Part shown: positions 16,566 through 26,167 of the stretch, piece by piece | How the letters are laid out: each line of letters starts with the position of its first letter | How positions within the stretch are numbered: the first letter of the stretch is position 1 | Sequence record: MN698246.1 | Strand: one strand, 5' to 3' | Origin: Pelagibacter phage HTVC112P | Length of the DNA: 32,000 nucleotides | The notes under the pieces: generated by a model | Told to the model about the DNA's origin: nothing | The model's database searches: none | The model's input: only the letters and a program-made list of their open reading frames with translations | Translations under genes and position numbers: made by a program

Positions 16566-17051
16566 ATGACTAATTTTACAGGTGCTAATGTTATAACAAC
16601 ATCAGATGTATTAAAATATCAGCCTGATGCTTTTGATTTTGGTATTTCAACAACAGCTACAGAAACAACTAATTTTTTAGCACAAACTACTAACGATATT
16701 TTAAGAGCATTAAGAGTAGAGTGGTGGCCTGTATATAAAACAAATATATTTACAGATATTACAGTTCTTAATACTGCTGAACTAGATAAAACAAAAGTTA
16801 ATTTAGATCAGTTTGAGAGGGCTGGTGTTTATTTATTTTTAGGAAGATTTTATTTACCAGCATTAACTAAATTTAGACCAGAAACAGAAAAAGATAGATT
16901 TGAAAGAATGCAAGAATATTACATGAGCCAATACAATATTGAATGGAGAATGATTTTAGAAGATGGTGTTGAATATGATGTAGATGATTCTGGTGCTATT
17001 GTTGCAAACGAGAGAGAACCTTTACATGGATTTAGAAGATTGACTAGATAA
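16566..17051 (+). CDS. head completion / head-tail connector protein
   Basis: 161 aa; position after MCP; FERAGVYLFLGRFYLPALTKFRPETEKDRFERMQEYY. Confidence 0.5.
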   Translation: MTNFTGANVITTSDVLKYQPDAFDFGISTTATETTNFLAQTTNDILRALRVEWWPVYKTNIFTDITVLNTAELDKTKVNLDQFERAGVYLFLGRFYLPALTKFRPETEKDRFERMQEYYMSQYNIEWRMILEDGVEYDVDDSGAIVANEREPLHGFRRLTR

Positions 17052-17533
17052 TGGCTTTAGATTTAAAGATTAAAACTAATGCAAAATTTGTTCAAAAAAG
17101 ATTTCAAAGAATAGAAAAAAGATTTAAAGGTATAATTCAAAAAGGAATACTTCAAGCTGGTTTTCAATTACTAGATATTATTAGAACTAAAACACAAAAA
17201 GGTGTAGATTTTAGAGATGTACCTTTTGTTCCCTATTCATCAGGTTATTTAAAAAAACTTATCAAAGAGGGTAGATCAACAAAAGTAGATTTATTTTATT
17301 CAGGTAGAATGTTAGGTGCTTTAACTCCATCTGGTAGAACTGTAAAAAAAACAGGAACCAATAAAATAAGTGTAAATTTTAGTAATTCACAGATGAGGCA
17401 ACGAGCAGTATTTAATCAAGTATTAGGAAAAAATAAGAGGGAATTTTTTGGATTTAATGATAGAACTGCAAATATAATAAGAAAACAATTTAACAGATTT
17501 GTTGCAAAAGAATTTAGGAAAGCAAGAATATGA
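17051..17533 (+). CDS. HK97 gp10-like head-tail joining protein
   Basis: 160 aa, basic, LDIIRTKTQKGVDFRDVPFVPYSSGYLKKL; gene order. Confidence 0.6.
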   Translation: MALDLKIKTNAKFVQKRFQRIEKRFKGIIQKGILQAGFQLLDIIRTKTQKGVDFRDVPFVPYSSGYLKKLIKEGRSTKVDLFYSGRMLGALTPSGRTVKKTGTNKISVNFSNSQMRQRAVFNQVLGKNKREFFGFNDRTANIIRKQFNRFVAKEFRKARI

Positions 17534-17970
17534 GTGTAAGAGAAAACATAGCAAGTAATTTATTAACAACTATATCTAATATATCTAGCCCAATATCTAT
17601 TATAAAAGCAACTAGACAACCTTTTTTATTAGACGAATTATCAGATAAACAATACCCAGCAGTAATAGTTCAAACATCAGAAGAAAATAGAGATGATTCT
17701 GAATTAGGAAGTGGTGCTAAGACAAGACATGGTACTATTGATTTTGTAATACTAGGATTTGTAAAAGGTGCAGAAACAAATATTGATACAAAAAGAAATC
17801 AATTAATAACTGCTGTTGAAACTGCATTAGAAACAGATGTTACTAGAAATAACAATGCACTTGATACAGAAGTTATTCAAGTAGAAACTGATGAGGGTAG
17901 TTTATTTCCTGTTGGTGGTATAAGAATGACTATAAGATGTATGTATGAATATCAATCAGGTACACCATAA
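17530..17970 (+). CDS. tail terminator/completion protein
   Basis: 146 aa; QYPAVIVQTSEENRDDSELGSGAKTRHGTIDFVILGFV...LFPVGGIRMTIRCMYEY; gene order. Confidence 0.6.
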   Translation: MSVRENIASNLLTTISNISSPISIIKATRQPFLLDELSDKQYPAVIVQTSEENRDDSELGSGAKTRHGTIDFVILGFVKGAETNIDTKRNQLITAVETALETDVTRNNNALDTEVIQVETDEGSLFPVGGIRMTIRCMYEYQSGTP

Positions 17971-18176
17971 TGGCTAAAGCAGATAAAGTTATAAATCAAC
18001 TAGAAAGAAAAATAGACGACATTGAAAAATTAGTAGATGAAATATCCTTATTATGTATGGACGCAAGAAAAAAAATTGATAATTATAACGAAGATGAGCA
18101 TATTGAAGATTACCCAGAACTAGACGAATTTAACAATTTAGATGAAGAAGATATTGACGAAGATGACGATAAATAG
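17970..18176 (+). CDS. hypothetical acidic protein
   Basis: 68 aa, coupled start, acidic C-terminus. Confidence 0.5.
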   Translation: MAKADKVINQLERKIDDIEKLVDEISLLCMDARKKIDNYNEDEHIEDYPELDEFNNLDEEDIDEDDDK

Positions 18177-18187
18177 TAAAAGGACTT

Positions 18188-18352
18188 ATGGCAAAAGATA
18201 TTAAATTATATAAAGATGGGAATGAAGTTACTATTAACGAAACTCAACTTGAAAATTTTTTAGCTTTAGGCTATAAGCAAGAGCAAGAAAATAAACCAAC
18301 AAAATCTAACAAGGATAAAAAATGGCAACACATCACGGAAAAGAAGGCGTAG
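18188..18352 (+). CDS. 54-aa hypothetical protein (not in ORF track)
   Basis: MAKDIKLYKDGNEVTINETQLENFLALGYKQEQENKPTKSNKDKKWQHITEKKA*; SD-like AGGA upstream; overlaps the tail tube start by 31 nt. Confidence 0.5.
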   Translation: MAKDIKLYKDGNEVTINETQLENFLALGYKQEQENKPTKSNKDKKWQHITEKKA

Positions 18353-18708
18353 TCACTGCTGGTGGATCTGCTGTTGGGGAACTAACATCATTTACACTTG
18401 AAACAACTGCTGACGTTGTAGAAGATACAGCTTTAATAGACAGTACAAAATCATTTGTAACTGGTAGAACATCATTTTCAGGAACTTTAGAAATGAATTA
18501 TGATGAAACTGATTCTCCACAACAAACTTTAACTGCTGGAACTTCAATATCTTTTATTTTATTGCCAGAGGGTAATGCTTCAGGAGATGAAAAATTTTCA
18601 GGTACAGGAATTATTACAGGAATGTCAGTTAATAACTCAATGGACGCAATCGTTTCAAGAACTGTTACTTTTCAAGGTACAGGAGCATTGACTAGAGCAA
18701 CTGTCTAA
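18322..18708 (+). CDS. major tail (tube) protein
   Basis: GELTSFTLETTADVVEDTALIDSTKSFVTGRTSFSGTLEMNYDETD...VSRTVTFQGTGALT: tail tube fold pattern. Confidence 0.8.
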   Translation: MATHHGKEGVVTAGGSAVGELTSFTLETTADVVEDTALIDSTKSFVTGRTSFSGTLEMNYDETDSPQQTLTAGTSISFILLPEGNASGDEKFSGTGIITGMSVNNSMDAIVSRTVTFQGTGALTRATV

Positions 18709-18717
18709 TCTTAATTT

Positions 18718-19071
18718 ATGTCAGTAATTGATCGAGTTAAATCTCATTTTGAAACTCTTAAAACTATAACTATAGAAGTTGAGGAGTGGAAAGACGAGCA
18801 TGGTAATCCGAGTATGTTTTATTCAGAACCATTAACCCTTGAAGAAAAAAACATTATCTTTAAGAAATCTAATAACTTTCAAGACTTAACTATTCTTGTT
18901 GATTTGCTTATAATGAAACTGCAAGTCAAAAATGATAAAGGCGAAATGATAAAAGCCTTTAGCCCAGAAGATAAATTTGCATTAAGAAAAAAAGCTGATT
19001 CAAATGTTATCTCTATAATTGCTAATAAAATTCTTTTAGAAACTAATTATGAGGAAGCTGAAAAAAAGTAG
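18718..19071 (+). CDS. tail assembly chaperone, short (G-like) product
   Basis: 117 aa between tail tube and tape measure; ends EEAEKK* at a slippery A AAA AAG. Confidence 0.8.
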   Translation: MSVIDRVKSHFETLKTITIEVEEWKDEHGNPSMFYSEPLTLEEKNIIFKKSNNFQDLTILVDLLIMKLQVKNDKGEMIKAFSPEDKFALRKKADSNVISIIANKILLETNYEEAEKK

Positions 19072-19247
19072 ATAGCGACCCTGATGTTAGGTCGCTTTTG
19101 ATAGTAGCAGATAGATTACACATCACAATTCAACAAGTTCTTGATATGCCAATGAGCCATTATAATCTTTGGCTAGCTTACTTGAAAAAAGAACAAGAAC
19201 AGTATAAAAAGAACCAAGCATTAGCACAATCAAGGAACTTAAAGTAA
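18718..19247 (+). CDS. tail assembly chaperone, -1 frameshifted (GT-like) product, about 176 aa
   Basis: Heptamer A AAA AAG 19062-19068, stop TAG, hairpin AGCGACC/GGTCGCT 19074-19096, then open -1 frame VDSDPDVRSLLIVADRLHITIQQVLDMPMSHYNLWLAYLKKEQEQYKKNQALAQSRNLK* to 19247. Confidence 0.9.
19062..19096 (+). promoter_or_regulatory. programmed -1 ribosomal frameshift signal (slippery site + hairpin)
   Basis: AAAAAAG, 5-nt spacer, 7-bp perfect stem with 9-nt loop. Confidence 0.88.
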
Positions 19248-21112
19248 TGGCAAACCAAAAACTAAACATAGATATTGTAGCAAAAGATAAATCCAAACAG
19301 GCTTTAAATGGTGTTCAAAAATCTTTAGGAAGATTAAAAGATTCTGTATTTAATCTTAGAAATGCTTTTTTAGGTTTAGGTGCTGGGTTAGTAGTTAGAA
19401 ATTTAGTTAATACAGGAAAACAATTAGAAAATTTAAGAGTTAGATTAAAATTCTTGTTAAAAGATACAAATGAGGGTGCAAAAGCATTTGATAATATGAC
19501 TAAGTTTGCATCTAAAGTTCCTTTCTCTTTAGAACAAATTCAATCAGGTGCTGGTATACTTGCAACAGTTACAGATAATGCAAACGATTTAAATAAAATG
19601 TTAGAAATAACAGGTAATGTTGCGGCAGTGACAGGTTTAGATTTTAGAACAACAGCAGAACAAATACAAAGATCATTTAGTGCTGGTATTGGTGCGGCAG
19701 ACTTATTTAGAGAAAAAGGTGTTAGAAATATGCTTGGTTTTAAAGCTGGAGCAGTAGTATCTATTGAAGAAACAGTACAAGCATTTGAAAAAGTTTTTGG
19801 TAAAGAGGGAAGATTTGGTAAATCAACAGATGAACTAGCAAAAACATTTGAGGGAACTTTATCAATGATAGGAGATAAAATTTTTAATTTTAAAAAAGTA
19901 TTGTTAGAAGCTGGGTTTTTTGAAGAACTTAAAAATCAATTTGGCGAGTTAGATAAGTTTTTAGTAAATAATGCAGAAAAAATAGAAAGAATAGCAGTAG
20001 CACTTGGTAAAAATCTTGCAAAAGCATTAATAGGTGTTGTTGATATAAGTAAAAAATTAATTCCATTTTTAAAAGATGTAGGAAGATTTTTAAAAGGAAT
20101 TAAAGATACTTTTTTTGCTTTACCAGAGTTTATTCAGCAAATAGGAATTATAGGTGCAGTTCTATTAGGTAAAAAAGGTTTTGTTGGTTTGAGTATTATT
20201 CTTGCCGCAATAAAAAAAGCAGAAGAATTTGGAGAAAAATTTGGAGAAAAAGGAATAAAAGTAGAAATGAAACCATTTGAACATGAGTTATCTGGTAATG
20301 TTCAAATAGCTGAAAGAAATAAATTAATACATGATACTGCCATAGCAATAGAAAATGCAATAGAAAAAGAAAAACTATTAAAAGAAGAATTTTTAAAAAC
20401 ACAACAACCCATTAAAGAACTTATACATGATCTATCTATTGAATTACCAAGTGCTTTTGAAACAGCAAGAGATGAAGCATTTGGTGGATTTAAAGAGGGA
20501 TTAAAAGAAGAATTTGATGTTAGCATTTTTGATAGATTTAAAAAAGCTGGTCAAGATTCTTTAAAAGCATTAAAAAGTTCAATAGCTGACTTTATAATGA
20601 CAGGTAAAATAAGTTTTGCAACATTAAAAGATGTTATTATTAGATCATTAGTTGAAGCATTAGTAGGTTCAGCAGTTACAGCCGCCATAAAAAAAGCAAC
20701 GGAAATATTTAAGTTTCAAGCTATTCGAGAGGGATTAATTTCAGTTTTTAAAGCTGGTGTCAAAGCACTTGCCTCAGTTCCTTTTCCACTTAATCTTGCG
20801 GCCGCTGGTGCAGTTATAGGAACGGGTATGGGAATGGTAAATAAAATAAAAGGGTTTCAATCTGGTGGTGCTGTATCTAAAGGACAACCAATTATAGTCG
20901 GAGAAAACGGAGCAGAAATGTTTGTACCTAATCAAACAGGACAAATAACCCAATCTGCCAGAGGTACAGATGATGGGGGAACTAATATTAATTTCACAAT
21001 AAATGCAACAGATGTTAGAGGTGTAAAAGAATTATTAATTGATAATAGAGCAACAATAGTTAATGTAATTAATTCTGCATTAAATGAAAAAGGTAAAGAG
21101 GCATTAGTATAA
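19247..21112 (+). CDS. tail tape measure protein
   Basis: 621 aa; IDIVAKDKSKQALNGVQKSLGRLKDSV..., long helical/hydrophobic regions, C-terminal IVGENGAEMFVPNQTGQI. Confidence 0.9.
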   Translation: MANQKLNIDIVAKDKSKQALNGVQKSLGRLKDSVFNLRNAFLGLGAGLVVRNLVNTGKQLENLRVRLKFLLKDTNEGAKAFDNMTKFASKVPFSLEQIQSGAGILATVTDNANDLNKMLEITGNVAAVTGLDFRTTAEQIQRSFSAGIGAADLFREKGVRNMLGFKAGAVVSIEETVQAFEKVFGKEGRFGKSTDELAKTFEGTLSMIGDKIFNFKKVLLEAGFFEELKNQFGELDKFLVNNAEKIERIAVALGKNLAKALIGVVDISKKLIPFLKDVGRFLKGIKDTFFALPEFIQQIGIIGAVLLGKKGFVGLSIILAAIKKAEEFGEKFGEKGIKVEMKPFEHELSGNVQIAERNKLIHDTAIAIENAIEKEKLLKEEFLKTQQPIKELIHDLSIELPSAFETARDEAFGGFKEGLKEEFDVSIFDRFKKAGQDSLKALKSSIADFIMTGKISFATLKDVIIRSLVEALVGSAVTAAIKKATEIFKFQAIREGLISVFKAGVKALASVPFPLNLAAAGAVIGTGMGMVNKIKGFQSGGAVSKGQPIIVGENGAEMFVPNQTGQITQSARGTDDGGTNINFTINATDVRGVKELLIDNRATIVNVINSALNEKGKEALV

Positions 21113-21113
21113 T

Positions 21114-21716
21114 ATGAGTGGACAATTTCCAACATCTCCTGTTGCAAAAAGTGCTAAAGTAGGTTCGGCACAAAACACTATAGTTAGTGTAACAACATCT
21201 GGTAGAGTTCAAACAAGACAAATTGATGGTCAAAAATTTACTATAACTTTAGACTATGCACCAATGAGTAGATCAAACTTTGCACCTATTACAGCATTTA
21301 TTATGAAACAAAGAGCAAAATTAAATACCTTTACTGTTATTCCACCAATAGTATCAAATGCACAAGGAGTAGCATCAGGAACTATAAGTGTAGATGGTGC
21401 AATTTCTGCTGGAGCAACTACTTGCACAATAGATGGTATGGCCACCAGCACAAGTGATATTTTAAAAGCTGGAGATTACTTTAGATTTACAGGACAAGAT
21501 AAAGTTTATATGGCAGTAGCTGATTTAGATGCAGATGGTACAGGCGAGGGAACATTAACTTTTGAACCACCTTTAAGATCAGATGTAGCTAATGATATTG
21601 CATTAGTTTATGACAATGTTGATTTTACTGTAAGACTTTCTAATGATATTCAAGAATATTCTATTGTAACTAACGATCTTTATAAGTATCAGATAGACCT
21701 AATAGAAAATTTATAA
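21114..21716 (+). CDS. distal tail-type protein
   Basis: 200 aa directly after TMP; gene order and beta-rich sequence. Confidence 0.6.
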   Translation: MSGQFPTSPVAKSAKVGSAQNTIVSVTTSGRVQTRQIDGQKFTITLDYAPMSRSNFAPITAFIMKQRAKLNTFTVIPPIVSNAQGVASGTISVDGAISAGATTCTIDGMATSTSDILKAGDYFRFTGQDKVYMAVADLDADGTGEGTLTFEPPLRSDVANDIALVYDNVDFTVRLSNDIQEYSIVTNDLYKYQIDLIENL

Positions 21717-21932
21717 ATGACAAAATATCTTGTAAGGCATTATGTTACTGCTGATTTTATTGCAGAAAAAGTAGTTGATGAATCAGAAATAGATTCAGAA
21801 AAAAATAATTTAAAACAAAATACCATTCCAGATGGAAGTTTTAGCTTTATTATGGTAGAACAAAGCGAAAAGTTAATACGAACAACTTACGAGAAATATG
21901 ACGAGAACATTAACAACAGCAGTAAAAAATGA
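21717..21932 (+). CDS. hypothetical protein
   Basis: 71 aa, abuts previous gene. Confidence 0.5.
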   Translation: MTKYLVRHYVTADFIAEKVVDESEIDSEKNNLKQNTIPDGSFSFIMVEQSEKLIRTTYEKYDENINNSSKK

Positions 21933-22452
21933 ACTTTTAACAGATAGCTTACAACCTGTTACACTTGTCTATATTAATGTAGGTACAGGATTTAGATTTA
22001 CAGACCATTATAAAGATATTACTTACGATTCAAATACTTATTCAGCATCATCATTATTTACAAGATTATCTAGTGTTACAGAATCATCAGAAATAGAAGT
22101 TAGTAATATAACATTATCTTTTTCAGGTGCAGATCAAACAATCATATCTTTATTTTTAAGCAATAACTATATGGAGAAAGAAGCAGAAGTTTATAAAGGC
22201 TTTTTAAATAGTAGTGAGGCAGTAATTGCAGACCCATTTCTTTTATTTAAAGGTAGAATTGAATCTTTTAGTATTGATGAAAGTATTAATCAATCAAACG
22301 CAAATATAATAGTTGCATCTCATTGGTCAGACTTTAGTAAAATAGAGGGTAGAAAAACAAATACAGGTTCACAACAATTACATTTTTCAACAGATAAAGG
22401 TTTTGAATTTGCATCACAAACAGTTCAAGATATTAAATGGGGTAGAACATAA
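21898..22452 (+). CDS. DUF2163-like tail protein
   Basis: VYINVGTGFRFTDHYKDITYDSNTYSA...SSVTESSEIEVSNITLSFSGAD...LFKGRIESFSIDE; resembles GTA gp13/DUF2163-type proteins. Confidence 0.6.
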   Translation: MTRTLTTAVKNELLTDSLQPVTLVYINVGTGFRFTDHYKDITYDSNTYSASSLFTRLSSVTESSEIEVSNITLSFSGADQTIISLFLSNNYMEKEAEVYKGFLNSSEAVIADPFLLFKGRIESFSIDESINQSNANIIVASHWSDFSKIEGRKTNTGSQQLHFSTDKGFEFASQTVQDIKWGRT

Positions 22453-22838
22453 TGCAAGATGTAATAAATTTATTTAATAATTTTGATCGTTATAAAGGTA
22501 AAGAATTAACAAATTATTTAGAACCATCAATTAAACTTAATCAATATAAAAAGTTTTATGACAATAACGAATTAGTTGGTTTTGTTAATTGGGCTTATAT
22601 CCATGATCTAGTAGAAAAAAGATTTAAACAAACAGGTAAGATCAAATCTAATGAATGGAACTCAGGTAGTAATTTATGGTTAATAGAAATTGTATCTGTA
22701 AAAAATACATTTAAAATGATGCGTTGGGTTTATAATTATTTTAGAAAACAATTAAAAGTAGATCATTCTATAAATTGGTTAAGGGTTGATAGTGATATTT
22801 ATAGAGTAGGTCAAAAGTTTAAAAGGAGTTATCACTAA
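22452..22838 (+). CDS. RTX-toxin-activating (HlyC-like) lysine acyltransferase family protein
   Basis: NELVGFVNWAYIHDLVEKRFKQTGKIKSNEWNSGSNLWLIEIV...RKQ...INWLRVDSDIYRVGQKFKR parallels HlyC ELVGYCSWA...EDWTSGDRKWFIDWIAPFG...RVD...VGK. Confidence 0.7.
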   Translation: MQDVINLFNNFDRYKGKELTNYLEPSIKLNQYKKFYDNNELVGFVNWAYIHDLVEKRFKQTGKIKSNEWNSGSNLWLIEIVSVKNTFKMMRWVYNYFRKQLKVDHSINWLRVDSDIYRVGQKFKRSYH

Positions 22839-25800
22839 TGGGTGGAATAGTTGAAGCTATTGTTAATGTTGTAACAAGTTTTATTGGGTGGCTTATTCCT
22901 ATTCCTGATATTCCTGAGTTTGATACACCAGAAGAAGAAAGAGGTGTATTAATTAACAAGCAATCTAACAATGCACAAATCCCTATTGTTTATGGCAGAC
23001 GACAAGTTGGAATTACTAGAGTATTTGTAGAATCATCAGGAACAGATAATCAATACTTATATATGGCTGGAGTTCTTTGCGAGGGAGAGATTGAAGAAGT
23101 CGAACAAGTATTTATAGATGATAAAAGAGTTTTTTTTGATGATGCTTTAGATCATGGAATAGTAAGAGAAGTTACAGGAGCAGATTCTAATTTTTTTAAA
23201 GATAGTTCACATATACAAGTACAAGCATTTAATGGAACAGAAACACAAGTTGCATCATCAATATTAACTAACTCTACTAATTGGACATCTAATCATAAAT
23301 TAAGTGGTGTTGCATATTTAGCTTTTAGGTTTAAATGGAATCAAGATATATTTAGTTCTATTCCACAAGTAAGAGTAACATTAAAAGGTAAAAAAATTTT
23401 TGACCCTAGAGATAGTGCAACTAAATGGACACCAAACTCTGCATTAGTATTATTAGATTATTTAAGAAATAATAGATATGGAAAAGGTTTACCAGATAGT
23501 GCTTTTGAATCTGATTTTGCATCTTTTAAAACTTCTGCAAATGATGCTGATACTTTAATCCAACCAAGAACGACAAGTGTAACAGAAGTTGCTGGTTTAT
23601 ATAGAGAAAATTATAATGGTTATCATGGAGATTATCCAAGTTATTTTACAAATAGGTCTATAACCTCTACAGGAACAACCACAAATATTAGTGGTGTAAA
23701 TCCAGGTATTAGAAAATCACATAAATATTTAGGATATTTTACAGCACCTAGTTCTGCAAGTTTCTTTTTTAGAACAGCCTCTGATGATGGTTCTGCTGTT
23801 TATGTTGGAGATGCAAGTCAAACTGTAGATAATTTATCAAAACAAATAGAAGCTAATAGAGATACTAAATTAGTTGTCAACAATAGAGGTTTGCATGGAA
23901 ATCAAGGTCAAGAGGGAAGTAAAACTTTAGTTAGTGGTTCAGTTTATCCTGTTATTATTATTTTTGGTAATAATGATGGCCCTGGTAATTTAGACTTTGA
24001 TTGGAAAGTAAGTGGTGGTACTTATAGCAAGAGTTTATCTTCTAATTTTACTAATGGCAAAGGTGTAACAGATGTTATTCCAGCTATTATTAAATTTGAA
24101 TCTAATGCAGTTGTAGATACTAATCAAAAAGTAATTGATAATGTAAAAAAACTTTTAAATCCAATGCGATCATTATTTACTTATAATAATGGTGTTTATA
24201 AACTTAAAATTGAGGGTACAGGTTCAGCAGTTAAAACTATAACAGCAGATCATGTAGTAGGTGGTGCTAAAGTATTAGGAGAAAGAAAAAATAATAAATT
24301 TAATCGTGTAATAGGAACATATGTAAACCCATATAAGAACTGGCAGAATGATACAGTTTCATTTCCACCAGCAGATGACAGTAATGTTGTAACAGAATTT
24401 AAACACGCAACTATGCTTTCAGCAGATAACGATACTTTGCTAGAGGGTAATTTTCAATTTCCTAATGTAACTAATACTTTTAATGCAGAGGCTTTATGTG
24501 AGGTAATTTTAAGAAGATCAAGAAACCAATTACAAATACAATTAACTTTAACATCAGAATTTTTAGAATTAGAAATAGGCGATATAGTTGCAATCACTTA
24601 TGCTAGTGGTGGATTTAATGCTAAACCTTTTAGAGTATTAGGTATTGAAATAAATGAAGATTTAACTGTTAATGTTCAGTTGTTTGAGCATCAAGATAAT
24701 TTTTATGATTTTAATACTAAAAATCCTTTACCAACAATACCAGATACAACTTTACCTAATCCAAATTCTATACAAGCACCATCAATATCTATTGCAGATG
24801 AATTGTTTGAACTATTTGATGGTTCAGTTGTTTCTAAATTAATTGTTACTATTACAAGTACAGATGCTTTTGCAGATCAGTTTGAAGTGGAATACAAAGA
24901 ATCAACTTCATCTGATTATAGATTAATGCGTAGAGGCTCAAATACTATTGTAGAAAAATATCCTGTTAAAGAGGGTCTTATCTATGATGTAAGAGTAAGA
25001 GCAATAAATGCTGTAGGTGTTAAATCCACTTACACAACAGGACAGCATGAAGTTAATAGTGCATTTACTCCACCAGATAATGTAACTAATTATTCAATAG
25101 ATGTAGTTGGCGATAAACTTTATCATTCTTTTGATGCTGTAACTAACCTTGATCTTGATTTTTATGAAATAAGATTTACTTCAAACACAAGTGAAACAGC
25201 TTATGCAAACACAACTGTTTTAGTACCAAGAATAGGTAGGCCAGCAACAAGTGTTACAACACCATTTGTAGGAACAGGAAAATACTTTATAAAAGCTGTA
25301 GATAAATTTGGAATAAGATCAACAGACTTTGCAAGTCAAGTTATATCAGCACAAGTTGTTGGAGATAAAATTGAATCAGTACAAACATTAACAGAACATT
25401 CTGCATTTACAGGAACTAAATCTAATGTTGTAGCTGTATCAAATAATTTACAATTAGATACTTCTATCAACTTTGACAGCCACACAGGTAACTTTGATGA
25501 TGGTTTAGGTTTCTTTGATGGTGGTTCAGGTGCAATAGTTTCATCTGGTACTTATGATTTTGCAAACGCTTTTGATTTTAATTCTGTTTTAAAATTTAAT
25601 GTTCTTTTAAGTTCATTTATTGTTAATAATATTAACTTTGTAAATAATTTTGATTCTGCGTCAGGAAACTTTGATGCAAGGCAAGGATTGTTTGATGGTG
25701 GTTCTAATGCCTCTATAGATACAAATGCAATATTACAAATATCTACTTCTCAAGATGCCTCAACCTATACTTCATTTCAAGATTTTAAAGCTGGAGATTT

Positions 25801-26146
25801 TGTTGCTAGAGCAGTTAAGTTTAGATTAAAATTGACATCTAGCAATACACAAGAAAGCCCACAAGTTTCAGCATTAGCACTTAAATTATCATTACCTATC
25901 AGAACTGAAAAAGGTAGTAATATTTCTAGTACAACAAGCACATCAGGAAAAACTATTACTTTTGGTTCAGAGTATTATCAAACTCCATCATTAACTGTCA
26001 TAGGTCAAAACATGGCAACGGGAGATTTCTTTACAATTACCTCTAAAGGAACTGCATCTTTCGTGGTTGAATTTTTTAACAGTTCTGGTAGTACTGTTGA
26101 TAGAACTTTCGATTATCAGGCAATCGGAATTGGACAAAAACAATAA
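22838..26146 (+). CDS. tail tip/central fibre protein (gpJ/GTA gp15-like) with PA14-like insertion
   Basis: 1102 aa; IPIVYGRRQVGITRVFVESSGTDNQYLYMAGVLCEGEIEEVEQVFID is the hallmark of phage J-type tip proteins; FN3-like segments downstream. Confidence 0.85.
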   Translation: MGGIVEAIVNVVTSFIGWLIPIPDIPEFDTPEEERGVLINKQSNNAQIPIVYGRRQVGITRVFVESSGTDNQYLYMAGVLCEGEIEEVEQVFIDDKRVFFDDALDHGIVREVTGADSNFFKDSSHIQVQAFNGTETQVASSILTNSTNWTSNHKLSGVAYLAFRFKWNQDIFSSIPQVRVTLKGKKIFDPRDSATKWTPNSALVLLDYLRNNRYGKGLPDSAFESDFASFKTSANDADTLIQPRTTSVTEVAGLYRENYNGYHGDYPSYFTNRSITSTGTTTNISGVNPGIRKSHKYLGYFTAPSSASFFFRTASDDGSAVYVGDASQTVDNLSKQIEANRDTKLVVNNRGLHGNQGQEGSKTLVSGSVYPVIIIFGNNDGPGNLDFDWKVSGGTYSKSLSSNFTNGKGVTDVIPAIIKFESNAVVDTNQKVIDNVKKLLNPMRSLFTYNNGVYKLKIEGTGSAVKTITADHVVGGAKVLGERKNNKFNRVIGTYVNPYKNWQNDTVSFPPADDSNVVTEFKHATMLSADNDTLLEGNFQFPNVTNTFNAEALCEVILRRSRNQLQIQLTLTSEFLELEIGDIVAITYASGGFNAKPFRVLGIEINEDLTVNVQLFEHQDNFYDFNTKNPLPTIPDTTLPNPNSIQAPSISIADELFELFDGSVVSKLIVTITSTDAFADQFEVEYKESTSSDYRLMRRGSNTIVEKYPVKEGLIYDVRVRAINAVGVKSTYTTGQHEVNSAFTPPDNVTNYSIDVVGDKLYHSFDAVTNLDLDFYEIRFTSNTSETAYANTTVLVPRIGRPATSVTTPFVGTGKYFIKAVDKFGIRSTDFASQVISAQVVGDKIESVQTLTEHSAFTGTKSNVVAVSNNLQLDTSINFDSHTGNFDDGLGFFDGGSGAIVSSGTYDFANAFDFNSVLKFNVLLSSFIVNNINFVNNFDSASGNFDARQGLFDGGSNASIDTNAILQISTSQDASTYTSFQDFKAGDFVARAVKFRLKLTSSNTQESPQVSALALKLSLPIRTEKGSNISSTTSTSGKTITFGSEYYQTPSLTVIGQNMATGDFFTITSKGTASFVVEFFNSSGSTVDRTFDYQAIGIGQKQ

Positions 26147-26167
26147 AAATGATATAAGATTAATTTT

